Below are positions 37,902 through 49,081 of a stretch of 64,000 nucleotides of DNA, in pieces. The stretch comes from Diplonema japonicum (taxonomy: Eukaryota; Protista; Euglenozoa: Diplonemea). Positions within the stretch are counted from its first letter, which is position 1, and the number at the start of each line of letters is the position of its first letter. Under the pieces are notes generated by a model. That model was not told the DNA's origin, ran no database searches, and was given only the letters and a program-made list of their open reading frames with translations. The translations under genes and the position numbers were made by a program. The stretch spans positions 470,343 through 534,342 of the forward strand of contig OZ025698.1 in NCBI GenBank assembly GCA_964019335.1. Direction: 5' to 3'.

Positions 37902-39833
37902 ATGAAACCCTCGATAATTGCGGTGCTTGGCACAACGGTGTTGTGCGGTGTTGTTGGTTCGGCTCCACCTAGCAACCTGCTTCCCCTTGTGGGGCAGGCA
38001 ACGGGTAGGGTGGCCTACACTTATTCAGTGCAGCAGCACCAGGGCACTGCCTACGTTCTGAACGAGAACGGCGTTGATCTCTACGATGTGACCCAAGAGG
38101 CCCCTGTGTACCGCCGCAAGCTAGTAGGGGGGAACCCTCGCTTCGCAGTGGTGGAAGACAACATGCTGTACATCAGCCATCTTGACTCTAGGGTCTTCTT
38201 CGGGTACAGCCTGACTGATCCCGCCAACCCCACAATGCACAGCATGGCTCGTTGCCCCGGACAGACAAAGCCAGGCCTTTTCTTCAACTTCCTAGTGACG
38301 GCCACCTCTGGGCACATCATCACAGGATGCGGGGACAACGAACACTTCCGTCTTATGTTCCTTGCAAAGGGCTCGTTAGTGGAAACAGGCCACCTTGACA
38401 TCCCATACAACGGCCCTGGGCGTGTCAGCTCGATGACCCACCACAACGGTGTCCTGTACGTGAGGGAGAACCCCAACAAGGTGCACGTCATCGACATCAC
38501 GGACCCTGCGCACCCTTCGAAGACTAGCACGTGGGAGCTTCCTGAACACCTTGACATCAACCACATTACGTACCACGACGGTGTGCTCTACGCGACTGAG
38601 GACCTTCACGACATGCTGTACAAGTACGATGCTGCGACAGGTGCCCGCCAGGCGATCGAGCTGCCTGCTGAATTTACCGCACGCTGCTCCGCTGCAAGGT
38701 ACGTCGCGGTGCACACTTCGCGTGTCTATGTCTCGTGTTTTTCGGGCGGGCTCTTCGTCCTCGAGCAGCCCACCGCCGACACCTACACCCTCGCCTACCA
38801 CGACCCCACCCTTCAGCGTGCCCTCGGGCTTTACTTCAGCGACGCACAGCTCTACGCAGCAGGCTACCTTACGTGGCGTATCTACAACGTTCCTTTGTTC
38901 CAGCCTGGTGAGTCCGCTGAGCCCACCGCAGTGCCCACCCTTGCCCCGACCCCGGCCCCTGTCTTCAAGCAGCACCTCGGGTGCTTCAAAACCATGCACA
39001 GATTCCTTCCCAAGCGCGTGTACCACGGTGACAGCAACACCCCCTCAGAGTGCGCTAACCTGTGCACCGCAGCAGGACACGCCTACGCTGGTGTGGAGTA
39101 CGGCAAGGAGTGCTGGTGTGGCAGCAGCGTTGAAGGGTCGAAGAAAACGGTGAGCACGGACTGCAACGTACCGTGCACAGGAGACGACACTGAAATGTGC
39201 GGCGGTGGGCACAGAATGAACCTGTACAGCTTGGTGGCGAAGGACCCGCAGCAGACACCATCACGTCTGGGGTGCTTCGAGGTGGACGGGTGGCACAGGG
39301 CCCTGCACACACTGGCATACGTAAGCCAAGGGAACACAATGGAGGAGTGCACCTCTGCATGCCAGTGGAACGGGTTCAAGTACGCAGGGCTCGAGGCAGG
39401 CGATGAGTGCTGGTGCGGGAACAACGTACAATATGCCAGCCGCACTATCACAGCGAAATGTGACACCCCGTGCCCAGGGGACGGGAACCAATGGTGTGGT
39501 GATGGATACAAGAGCCTTGTGTACATCCTGGACGGCTCGGTGTACACACCACCTACCGCGACCTACCAAGGGTGCTACACGGACAGCAAGCATTTCCGTG
39601 CACTTCCTGAATACGCGTATTCCTCTGATTCCAACACCATTGAGGAGTGCACCGGCGTGTGCTACCACAATGGGTACGCCTACGCAGGGGTGCAGTATGG
39701 GGAACAGTGTTGGTGCGGGAACCGTAAGAAGCACAGGAAGACATCTGAGTCGCAGTGTGCTACCCCCTGTACGGGGGACAGCACACAAACGTGTGGTGGA
39801 TCTAGGAAGAACTCGCTGTACAAGCTGGGGTAA
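37902..39833 (+). CDS. Secreted LVIVD-like beta-propeller + 3 WSC domain protein (paralog of 27940 gene)
   Basis: Signal peptide MKPSIIAVLGTTVLCGVVGS; VIDITDPAHP; three WSC modules highly similar to the 27940 gene. Confidence 0.88.
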   Translation: MKPSIIAVLGTTVLCGVVGSAPPSNLLPLVGQATGRVAYTYSVQQHQGTAYVLNENGVDLYDVTQEAPVYRRKLVGGNPRFAVVEDNMLYISHLDSRVFFGYSLTDPANPTMHSMARCPGQTKPGLFFNFLVTATSGHIITGCGDNEHFRLMFLAKGSLVETGHLDIPYNGPGRVSSMTHHNGVLYVRENPNKVHVIDITDPAHPSKTSTWELPEHLDINHITYHDGVLYATEDLHDMLYKYDAATGARQAIELPAEFTARCSAARYVAVHTSRVYVSCFSGGLFVLEQPTADTYTLAYHDPTLQRALGLYFSDAQLYAAGYLTWRIYNVPLFQPGESAEPTAVPTLAPTPAPVFKQHLGCFKTMHRFLPKRVYHGDSNTPSECANLCTAAGHAYAGVEYGKECWCGSSVEGSKKTVSTDCNVPCTGDDTEMCGGGHRMNLYSLVAKDPQQTPSRLGCFEVDGWHRALHTLAYVSQGNTMEECTSACQWNGFKYAGLEAGDECWCGNNVQYASRTITAKCDTPCPGDGNQWCGDGYKSLVYILDGSVYTPPTATYQGCYTDSKHFRALPEYAYSSDSNTIEECTGVCYHNGYAYAGVQYGEQCWCGNRKKHRKTSESQCATPCTGDSTQTCGGSRKNSLYKLG

Positions 39834-41764
39834 TGATGAGGTTTTGCCGTTTTTTTTTTTTTTTTTTTATCTTTTTTATATACCCATTGTAGATCTTCTC
39901 TTTTCCTTCTCCCCCCCCCCTTTTTTTTCTTCTTCTTTTTTTTTTTCCCCCGCATAATCGATATCATATTGTCGGTGCATTGAAAAAAAAAAAAAAAAAA
40001 ACGAAAGAAATTCTATTTCCCCCCCCCAAAAAAAAAGAAAAGTTTCTGTTATTTATTTTATATTGAAAAGTTTAAGCTCGTTCTCCTCCCCCTTGTGCAC
40101 CCTAGATATAAAATTGCAGCAGAACAAATGCAAACCATATTTTCTTTTAAAAAAAAAAAAAAATCAACAACACACAAAAGCTACAGAATACTAGGTTTCC
40201 CCCTTCTCTCTGCCCCAAATAGGATCCTCAGATGCGGGTATTCAGGTTACTTTTATTTTTTATTTCATAATTATTCCCGAGGCGACAGTTAGGAGCTGGC
40301 GCTTTAGCAGGTGCCGTCTCCTTTCTTTTTCGTTTTTTTTTTTTTTTTTCTTTTTTCCCCTAAGAAAAAAAAAAAAAAAGGAAAAAAAAAAAAAATGTTG
40401 GTCAGTAAATTCGCCATTCCATTTCCCCCGCCGCCTCCCTCTTCCACGCTCACAACATGCCTTCTTGTTTGCTGCAAATAAAGCTTGCAATGGGCCGGGT
40501 AGCGGCTGGGATACCTTCGCATTTTCTTTTACTTAAATTACTCATCTCTGTGGCCAAAAAAAAAAAAAAAAAAAGATGAAGGCGTGGTCCCCCAATTTTC
40601 CCCCCTCTTTTTTTTTTTCCCCTCCCTCTTCTCACGGTAACAAAAGTCTTTTTTCTTGTAGTGTTTTTTTTTTTTTTTTTTTTTTTTTTCCATGCACCCC
40701 TCTCCATTCTTCTTGTAAGAAAGATTGGTGAGGGGGAGGACGGAGAGAATGAGTTACCGGAGGGGGGGGGGAAAAATTCTCCCCACCCCTTTTTCCTCCC
40801 TTCTGTTCTTTCCCCTCCGTTCCTGAGGTGAAATTGAAAAAAAAAAAAAGGGAGGGGATGGTGTGGGGGTGGGGGGGAAGGGGGTGTGAACCACGGCGTA
40901 AATTTCTTTTGAGTTTTTTTTTTTCTTTTTTTTTTTTCATTTGCTTTTTCCCCATTTCCCCCCACAAACTGTAGAAGCTCTTTGATAGTAGTGGTGACGA
41001 TTCTCGAACTTGTGTAGGAGGGTTGGTAGGCCCAGCTCTTCTTCACTTGTCCCCTGTAGCTTAACCCACTTATATTCTGTGCAAGGGCACGAAAAGAAAA
41101 TGAAGAAGAAAAAAAGAAGGAGGAAACAAAAAATGAGAGAGAAAAAAAAAGAAGGCTGCCTCAAAACTATGGGTCGAGAGTAAAGTGACATGAACAATAT
41201 CTTTCTAACATTCCCCTGGTGCATGCCTTTCTTTTCTTTTTTTTATTTTATTTTGGTTTTCTCCTGTCTATTCCCACCTCCCCTCCTTTTTAACTTATGC
41301 TTGTCATCACATACTGCTTCTGATCTAGTACTGGAAAGGGAAGGAAATGAAGGGGGGGGGAAGAGGGAGAAATTTTTATTCTTTCTCCATTCTCTTTTTC
41401 CTTCCTTTTTCCTTTTCACCCTTCTTTATGAATTTGCGTTCAGACAGTACCGATTTTTTTTTTCTTCTTTTACTATTATTTTTCTCTCTTTACCCTTCCC
41501 CCCACCCCTTCTTACAATCCAATGGGTTTCTCTTGACCCCCCCCCCCCCCCTCCCTCCCTTCTTCCCCTATATTTCTCCTCCCTTCGAGGGTACCCTTCC
41601 ACGTGTAGGGCTTCCTTGCGCTTTTGCTTTTATTTATTATTACTCGTGTATTTAAGCAAGTCTTTTTTTTTTTTTTTTTTCATTTCTTGTTCACAAGAGA
41701 AATGATTGCAGGCAGCAGCAGTTCTCATGCACTTTCGGCGTCCTCCTCCTCTTCAGCCCCTTTT

Positions 41765-41767
<3 letters not shown>

Positions 41768-41802
<35 letters not shown>
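41768..41802. repeat. (GA)n microsatellite
   Basis: Directly visible. Confidence 0.85.
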
Positions 41803-41805
<3 letters not shown>

Positions 41806-41905
41806 CTTTCCTGCTAGCACCGTGGGCGCCGAATGGGTTGTGTGGACACAGGGTCTAGTTTTCTTCTTCCACAGGTTTACCCCTCTTTTTGATTGTAAAA
41901 TTAAT

Positions 41906-44900
41906 ATGATACACAATAGAAGCTTCCTCTTGCTCTCACTAGCAGTGTGGGGACTATCAGCAGACCCCTGCTTCAAAGTAGAGTGCCCAAAAGGGAAAGT
42001 GTGCAGTCCATTATCCAATACCACTTACAGTTGTGTGGATGGCACCGCTGACCCTTGCAAGGATTGGCAGTGCATGCCCAACCAACACTGTGAAGTAGGC
42101 CCCAAAGGAATCGAACCCATTTGTGTGAGCAACAAGATGAACTCGTGTGACGGCTACCAATGCGACACTGACTCCCACTGTGTTGTGGACACTTGGGGGA
42201 AACCTTCTTGCGAGAAGAACACTGGCAACCCTTGTTCCAAAATCAACTGTCCATGGGGCACTGTCTGTGAGGTGGACAACTTCAATGGCACCAAGTGTGT
42301 GAATGTGACAACGAACCCCTGTGACGGCTACCAATGCGCGAAAGGTGAGCACTGCGAGATCAACCAGTGGAACAAGCCAGAGTGTGTTGGTGATGCAAAC
42401 GAATGCCAAGGTGTACAGTGCCCTGTTGGAACCCACTGCGAGATCGACTTCTGGAACGGCAAGAAGTGTGTCAATGACACTGTTGACCCTTGCAAGGAAT
42501 GGCAGTGCATGCCTTTCCAGCACTGTGAAGTAAGCCCCAACAAGATCGAACCCATTTGTGTGAGCAACAAGATGAACTCGTGTGACGGCTACCAATGCGA
42601 CACTGACTCCCACTGCGTTGTGGACACTTGGGGGAAACCTTCTTGCGAGAAGAACACTGGCAACCCTTGTTCCAAAATCAACTGTCCATGGGGCACTGTC
42701 TGTGAGGCTGACAACTTCAATGGCACCAAGTGTGTGAATGTGACAACGAACCCCTGTGACGGCTACCAATGCACGAAAGGTGAACACTGCGAAATCAACC
42801 AGTGGAACAAGCCAGAGTGTGTTGGTGATGCAAACGAATGCCAAGGTGTGCAGTGCCCTTCCGGAACCCACTGCGAGATCGACTTCTGGAACGGCAAGAA
42901 GTGTGTCAATGACACTGTTGACCCTTGCAAGGAATGGCAGTGCATGCCTTTCCAGCACTGTGAAGTAGGCCCCAACAGGATCGAACCCATTTGTGTGAGC
43001 AACAAGATGAACTCGTGTGACGGCTACCAATGCGACACTGACTCCCACTGTGTTGTGAACACTTGGGGGAAACCTTCTTGCGAGAAGAACACTGGCAACC
43101 CTTGTTCCAAAATCAACTGTCCATGGGGCACTGTCTGTGAGGTGGACAACTTCAATGGCACCAAGTGTGTGAATGTGACGACGAACCCTTGTGACGGCTA
43201 CCAATGCGCGAAAAATGAACACTGCGAAATCAACCAGTGGAACAAGCCAGAGTGTGTTGGTGATGCAAACGAATGCCAAGGTGTGCAGTGCCCTTCTGGA
43301 ACCCACTGCGAGATCGACTTCTGGAACGGCAAGAAGTGTGTCAATGACACTGTTGACCCTTGCAAGGAATGGCAGTGTATGCCCGACCAGCACTGTGAAG
43401 TAAGCCCCAACAAGATCGAACCCATTTGTGTGAGCAACAAGATGAACTCGTGTGACGGCTACCAATGCGACACTGACTCCCACTGTGTTGTGAACACTTG
43501 GGGGAAACCCTCTTGCGAGAAGAACACTGGCAACCCTTGTTCCAAGGTAACTTGTCCATGGGGCACTGTTTGTGAGGTGGACAACTTCAATGGCACCAAG
43601 TGTGTGAATGTGACAACGAACCCCTGTGACGGTTACCAATGCACGAAAGGTGAGCACTGCGAGATCAACCAGTGGAACAAGCCAGAGTGTGTTGGTGATG
43701 CAAACGAATGCCAAGGTGTGCAGTGCCCTGTTGGAACCCACTGCGAGATCGACTACTGGAACGGCAAGAAGTGTGTCAATGACACTGTTGACCCTTGCAA
43801 GGAATGGCAGTGCATGCCTTTCCAGCACTGTGAAGTAAGCCCCAACAAGATCGAACCCATTTGTGTGAGCAACAAGATGAACTCGTGTGACGGCTACCAA
43901 TGCGACACTGACTCCCACTGTGTTGTGGACACTTGGGGGAAACCCTCTTGCGAGAAGAACACTGGCAACCCTTGTTCCAAGGTTACCTGTCCATGGGGCA
44001 CTGTTTGTGAGGTGGACAACTTCAATGGCACCAAGTGTGTGAATGTGACAACGAACCCCTGTGACGGCTACCAATGCGCGAAAAATGAACACTGCGAAAT
44101 CAACCAGTGGAACAAGCCAGAGTGTGTTGGTGATGCAAACGAATGCCAAGGTGTGCAGTGCCCTTCTGGAACCCACTGCGAGATCGACTTCTGGAACGGC
44201 AAGAAGTGTGTCAATGACACTGTTGACCCTTGCAAGGAATGGCAGTGTATGCCCGACCAGCACTGTGAAGTAAGCCCCAACAAGATCGAACCCATTTGTG
44301 TGAGCAACAAGATGAACTCGTGTGACGGCTACCAATGCGACACTGACTCCCACTGTGTTGTGAACACTTGGGGGAAACCCTCTTGCGAGAAGAACACTGG
44401 CAACCCTTGTTCCAAAATCAACTGTCCATGGGGCACTGTCTGTGAGGTGGACAACTTCAACGGCGCCAAGTGTGTGAATGTGACAACGAACCCCTGTGAC
44501 GGCTACCAATGCGCGAAAAATGAACACTGCGAGATCAACCAGTGGAACAAGCCAGAGTGTGTTGGTGATGCAAACGAATGCCAAGGTGTGCAGTGCCCTT
44601 CTGGAACCCACTGCGAGATCGACTACTGGAACGGCAAGAAGTGTGTCAATGACACTGTTGACCCTTGCAAGGAATGGCAGTGCATGCCCGACCAGCACTG
44701 TGTTGTGGGCCCCAACAAGATCGAACCCATTTGTGTGAGCAACAAGATGAACTCGTGTGACGGCTACCAATGCGACACTGACTCCCACTGTGTTGTGGAC
44801 ACTTGGGGGAAACCCTCTTGCGAGAAGAACACTGGCAACCCTTGTTCCAAGGTTACCTGTCCATGGGGCACTGTTTGTGAGGTGGACAACTTCAATGGCA

Positions 44901-46960
44901 CCAAGTGTGTGAATGTGACAACGAACCCCTGTGACGGCTACCAATGCACGAAAGGTGAGCACTGCGAGATCAACCAGTGGAACAAGCCAGAGTGTGTTGG
45001 TGATGCAAACGAATGCCAAGGTGTGCAGTGCCCTTCCGGAACCCACTGCGAGATCGACTACTGGAACGGCAAGAAGTGTGTCAATGACACTGTTGACCCT
45101 TGCAAGGAATGGCAGTGTATGCCCGACCAGCACTGTGAAGTAAGCCCCAACAAGATCGAACCCATTTGTGTGAGCAACAAGATGAACTCGTGTGACGGCT
45201 ACCAATGCGACACTGACTCCCACTGTGTTGTGGACACTTGGGGGAAACCTTCTTGCGAGAAGAACACTGGCAACCCTTGTTCCAAAATCAACTGTCCATG
45301 GGGCACTGTCTGTGAGGTGGACAACTTCAATGGCACCAAGTGTGTGAATGTGACAACGAACCCCTGTGACGGCTACCAATGCGCGAAAAATGAACACTGC
45401 GAGATCAACCAGTGGAACAAGCCAGAGTGTGTTGGTGATGCAAACGAATGCCAAGGTGTACAGTGCCCTTCCGGAACCCACTGCGAGATCGACTACTGGA
45501 ACGGCAAGAAGTGTGTCAATGACACTGTTGACCCTTGCAAGGAATGGCAGTGTATGCCCGACCAGCACTGTGTTGTGGGCCCCAACAAGATCGAACCCAT
45601 TTGTGTGAGCAACAAGATGAACTCGTGTGACGGCTACCAATGCGACACTGACTCCCACTGCGTTGTGGACACTTGGGGGAAACCCTCTTGCGAGAAGAAC
45701 ACTGGCAACCCTTGTTCCAAAATCAACTGTCCATGGGGCACTGTCTGTGAGGCTGACAACTTCAACGGCGCCAAGTGTGTGAATGTGACAACGAACCCTT
45801 GTGACGGCTACCAATGCGCGAAAAATGAACACTGCGAGATCAACCAGTGGAACAAGCCAGAGTGTGTTGGTGATGCAAACGAATGCCAAGGTGTGCAGTG
45901 CCCTGTTGGAACCCACTGCGAGATCGACTATTCTAACGGCAAGAAGTGTGTCAATGACACTGTTGACCCTTGCAAGGAATGGCAGTGTAAAAGCGGGACC
46001 TATTGTGTAGTGGGTCGTGAAGGTAACCCGACATGCGTGGAGGAGAACAACAACGGCTGTGTAGGGTACCAGTGCCCGGAGAAGATGCACTGTAAAATCG
46101 ATCTCTACGGGCTACCGCAGTGCAGAAACGACAGCGTGAACCCTTGCGAGAATGTTAAGTGTGCAGCGACTGAGCATTGCCATGCCGACCCTTGGGGGAA
46201 GACATCATGTGTGGCAGACAGCGTAGACCCGTGCAAGGAAGTCAAATGCCAATTTGGTAAAAGATGCGTCGCTGACAGCTGGGGCAGTGTAACATGTGTT
46301 AGCGAGGACAACAACAACAACCTGTGCAAGAACGTGAAATGCAAACAAGGTGAATCTTGCGAGATAAATGGGTGGAACGAGACCTCATGCGTCGCGACTA
46401 AAGGCAAGTGTACTGGTGTGAAATGCTCATCTGGTTCTCACTGCACCATAGACAATGGTATAGGGAAATGCGTGGAGGCTACAATTGTTTGCAAGAACCT
46501 TAATTGTTCCGTGGGAACCCACTGCCACATCAATGAGGACTCGTCAGCGGTTTGCCACAAAGATGAAGCTACTTGTGAAAATGTAAGATGTACAGGGATG
46601 CAGATATGCGCTGTTTCTGGTAGAAGTGCTGATTGTTTCACACCCTGTAACGGGCATTGTAATCAAGGGGAAAGCTGCCTTGTGACAAACGACGTGCCAA
46701 GGTGTCTTAAAGCCGCTCCGAAACCCGCAGATGGGAAGAGCGGAAGCTCGGAAAGCAAGCTGTGGATTTACATTGCTATCGGGCTTGGTGTTCTTGCTGT
46801 CGTCGGGATTGCCGTTGCTGTGTATTATGCTAGGCGGGTGAAGAAGATAGAAGGTGATTTTGTGGATGTTGGCATGAAAGACTTTCTGGTAGAAGGCGAG
46901 AATATCAACGGGGAGAATGATATCCTTGATGGTACAATTGAGTACGATGCCGCTTGCTAA
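41906..46960 (+). CDS. Type I membrane surface protein built of Cys-rich follistatin-N-terminal (FOLN)-like repeats
   Basis: Signal peptide MIHNRSFLLLSLAVWGLSA; ~29-aa C-x4-C-x5-C-x8/9-C modules; TM helix LWIYIAIGLGVLAVVGIAVAVYY; short acidic tail. Confidence 0.88.
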   Translation: MIHNRSFLLLSLAVWGLSADPCFKVECPKGKVCSPLSNTTYSCVDGTADPCKDWQCMPNQHCEVGPKGIEPICVSNKMNSCDGYQCDTDSHCVVDTWGKPSCEKNTGNPCSKINCPWGTVCEVDNFNGTKCVNVTTNPCDGYQCAKGEHCEINQWNKPECVGDANECQGVQCPVGTHCEIDFWNGKKCVNDTVDPCKEWQCMPFQHCEVSPNKIEPICVSNKMNSCDGYQCDTDSHCVVDTWGKPSCEKNTGNPCSKINCPWGTVCEADNFNGTKCVNVTTNPCDGYQCTKGEHCEINQWNKPECVGDANECQGVQCPSGTHCEIDFWNGKKCVNDTVDPCKEWQCMPFQHCEVGPNRIEPICVSNKMNSCDGYQCDTDSHCVVNTWGKPSCEKNTGNPCSKINCPWGTVCEVDNFNGTKCVNVTTNPCDGYQCAKNEHCEINQWNKPECVGDANECQGVQCPSGTHCEIDFWNGKKCVNDTVDPCKEWQCMPDQHCEVSPNKIEPICVSNKMNSCDGYQCDTDSHCVVNTWGKPSCEKNTGNPCSKVTCPWGTVCEVDNFNGTKCVNVTTNPCDGYQCTKGEHCEINQWNKPECVGDANECQGVQCPVGTHCEIDYWNGKKCVNDTVDPCKEWQCMPFQHCEVSPNKIEPICVSNKMNSCDGYQCDTDSHCVVDTWGKPSCEKNTGNPCSKVTCPWGTVCEVDNFNGTKCVNVTTNPCDGYQCAKNEHCEINQWNKPECVGDANECQGVQCPSGTHCEIDFWNGKKCVNDTVDPCKEWQCMPDQHCEVSPNKIEPICVSNKMNSCDGYQCDTDSHCVVNTWGKPSCEKNTGNPCSKINCPWGTVCEVDNFNGAKCVNVTTNPCDGYQCAKNEHCEINQWNKPECVGDANECQGVQCPSGTHCEIDYWNGKKCVNDTVDPCKEWQCMPDQHCVVGPNKIEPICVSNKMNSCDGYQCDTDSHCVVDTWGKPSCEKNTGNPCSKVTCPWGTVCEVDNFNGTKCVNVTTNPCDGYQCTKGEHCEINQWNKPECVGDANECQGVQCPSGTHCEIDYWNGKKCVNDTVDPCKEWQCMPDQHCEVSPNKIEPICVSNKMNSCDGYQCDTDSHCVVDTWGKPSCEKNTGNPCSKINCPWGTVCEVDNFNGTKCVNVTTNPCDGYQCAKNEHCEINQWNKPECVGDANECQGVQCPSGTHCEIDYWNGKKCVNDTVDPCKEWQCMPDQHCVVGPNKIEPICVSNKMNSCDGYQCDTDSHCVVDTWGKPSCEKNTGNPCSKINCPWGTVCEADNFNGAKCVNVTTNPCDGYQCAKNEHCEINQWNKPECVGDANECQGVQCPVGTHCEIDYSNGKKCVNDTVDPCKEWQCKSGTYCVVGREGNPTCVEENNNGCVGYQCPEKMHCKIDLYGLPQCRNDSVNPCENVKCAATEHCHADPWGKTSCVADSVDPCKEVKCQFGKRCVADSWGSVTCVSEDNNNNLCKNVKCKQGESCEINGWNETSCVATKGKCTGVKCSSGSHCTIDNGIGKCVEATIVCKNLNCSVGTHCHINEDSSAVCHKDEATCENVRCTGMQICAVSGRSADCFTPCNGHCNQGESCLVTNDVPRCLKAAPKPADGKSGSSESKLWIYIAIGLGVLAVVGIAVAVYYARRVKKIEGDFVDVGMKDFLVEGENINGENDILDGTIEYDAAC
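42050..45988 (+). repeat. Nine tandem 435-bp (145-aa) coding repeats plus a partial unit
   Basis: gacccttgcaagga recurs at 42050, 42485 ... 45965 with an exact 435-bp period. Confidence 0.95.
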
Positions 46961-48183
46961 TTATACATTTTTTTTTTTTTTTTTTTTTTAATTTTTGTTT
47001 TCAAGAATTGAGTAATTCAAGCCAGAACTTTGCTTTTTATTTTTTTTCCCTCTTTTTTTTTTCTTTTTTTTTTTCTTATTTTTTTTGTTTCCCCTTTCTA
47101 TTCTGAAAATACTCGTTTGGAACGGGGGAAAAAAAAAAAAAAAAAAAATACAAAAAAAGAAAAGGGAAAGAAAAAAGTTATTACTATTAAGCCCCCACCT
47201 CCCCCCCTCCCGATTCCGAAAAAAAAAAAAAAGGAAAGAGAAAAAGAAAAGAAACAGAGAAAAAAAAAAGTTTTTTTTTATTGTACATTTTAGTCGAGAA
47301 ATGGTTCTCTTTTTTTTGATGTGAAAAAGTCATTTTTTTTACAAAATTAAAAAAAAAAAGTCGTTTCTCTTAACCAGCAGCTAGTAAGCTGAATGAAAAA
47401 AGAAAAAAAAAAGAATTAAAAAAAAAAATAATTGTCACCGACGGCAAGTTTGCGGTTGAGAGGATTTCCCTTTTGGTTTACATCTAAACCACTTTTTGAG
47501 CAATACACCTTCTTATTTCCGTCGGTCTGGCTAGACCAAGAGGAGGTGGAATTCAAAAAAGGAAAAAAAAATTTTTTTTTTATTTCTGACAGAGAGTGAA
47601 ACCTCCATTTCTTTCAGGACTACGATGCCTGTGGAAAGGAATGCAGCAAGCAAAAGGAGGTTTAGGTGTAAACCAAAAAAAAAAAAAAGTTCCCCCCCCT
47701 TTTTGTTTTTGTCGTTTTTCTGATTTTTTCCCCCCCCCCTTTTGGGGCAGGTGGCGAGAATATGGGTGGTTTCACATTGACCTCCTTTGACTCATTTTTT
47801 TTTTTTTTGTAATGCTTCGAATGGTGAGGGGAAATCGGGGGAAAGTCTCAAATCCCCCCCCTCCCCTCCCTAGAGAGCATTACATTCTTCCCCTCCCTCT
47901 TAATCAACAGCATTATCGAATGATATGGAATTGAAGAAAAATGTCCGCTAAAAAAAATTGATACAAAAAAAAAAAAAAAAGCGGATTAACCTATTTGGGT
48001 TTTGCTTCTTCCTTCTTACTGTTCCTCCCCCCCCCCTATTTTTTCTTTAGCTCTCCTGGGATAGGGTGTTTGTTTACTCTCAGCTGTGGGAGGAGAAGAA
48101 GCAGAAGAAAAAAAAAAGGGCGAAGCTACTTGCTACAATAAATGGGGGGAAAAAAACGGAAATCCTAAAGAAAGATAATCAAA

Positions 48184-48220
<37 letters not shown>

Positions 48221-48273
48221 CTAAATCTCCCCCCCTTTTTTTTTGAATTTGTTTTTCTTTAATTAGAAAAATA

Positions 48274-48304
<31 letters not shown>

Positions 48305-48319
48305 CAGAATTGAATTTAA

Positions 48320-48526
48320 CCATTAAAGGACTGGGTTTGGCCAAAAAAGATGCTCCTAGCTTATGGCGGGAGAACGAGTGAATCAATGCCCAGCTTTTTT
48401 TGTTTGTTCTTCGCACAAAAAATGTATTCAGATAATAATAAAAAAAAAAAATTGCGGAACATTGGGTCTTAGTAAGTGTCTCATAGAAAATATAATTTTT
48501 CTTAAGGCACACATATCCTTTAATGG
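48320..48526 (-). mobile_element. piggyBac-derived MITE (207 bp)
   Basis: TTAA at 48316-48319; 11-bp TIR CCATTAAAGGA identical to the ends of the 49082 element; the right flank reads ttta rather than ttaa. Confidence 0.75.
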
Positions 48527-48656
48527 TTTAAAAAAAAAAATAATAAACCGAACATTTAATTTTCATGAGGTGGAAGAAAAAAAAAAGAAACAAATTCTTT
48601 TTAAAAAAAAGGGGGGGCTTCTTTATGTTCTTCTCTCTATCTCTTTTTTTTCTTTT

Positions 48657-48697
<41 letters not shown>

Positions 48698-48962
48698 TTT
48701 CTATTCCCCAACGAAAGCTAACCTCTCTACTGGTTCTTAGTTCATTTCTACCGAAAAAAAATGCTAAAAAATTTCACTTAGTACCCTAACAGATAACTTA
48801 AAAAGAAAAAAAAAGGGGGGAAGATTGAAAAAAAAAAAAGGAAAAAAAAAATATTTTTCGCGTCATAGACTATTTCCCGTAAATGTGGCCTTTCTAGCTT
48901 TCAATGCCCCCACCATTCTATTATAGGCAGGTGCGTTGTTTGCTGGATTGGCCCACAAAAAG

Positions 48963-48999
<37 letters not shown>

Positions 49000-49081
49000 C
49001 CCTTTTTTTCCCCCCCCTCACCTAATATCTTATTTTGGAACTCAATACGGAACTCAGAAAAAAAAAAGTTTATTCTTTTAA

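Noticed and set aside
40041-40065. Spliced-leader-like sequence agtttctgtt...tattg
   Set aside because: Only a short AT-rich match, with no full SL exon, donor or Sm site.
42050-45988. CRISPR-like array
   Set aside because: No unique spacers; it is a eukaryotic protein-coding tandem repeat.
42011-46090. 1359-aa minus-strand ORF
   Set aside because: Antisense shadow of the 435-bp coding repeat; one stop-free unit is simply repeated.
46961-49077. Short Phe/Lys-rich ORFs here and in other intergenic regions
   Set aside because: Translations of poly(T)/poly(A) tracts.
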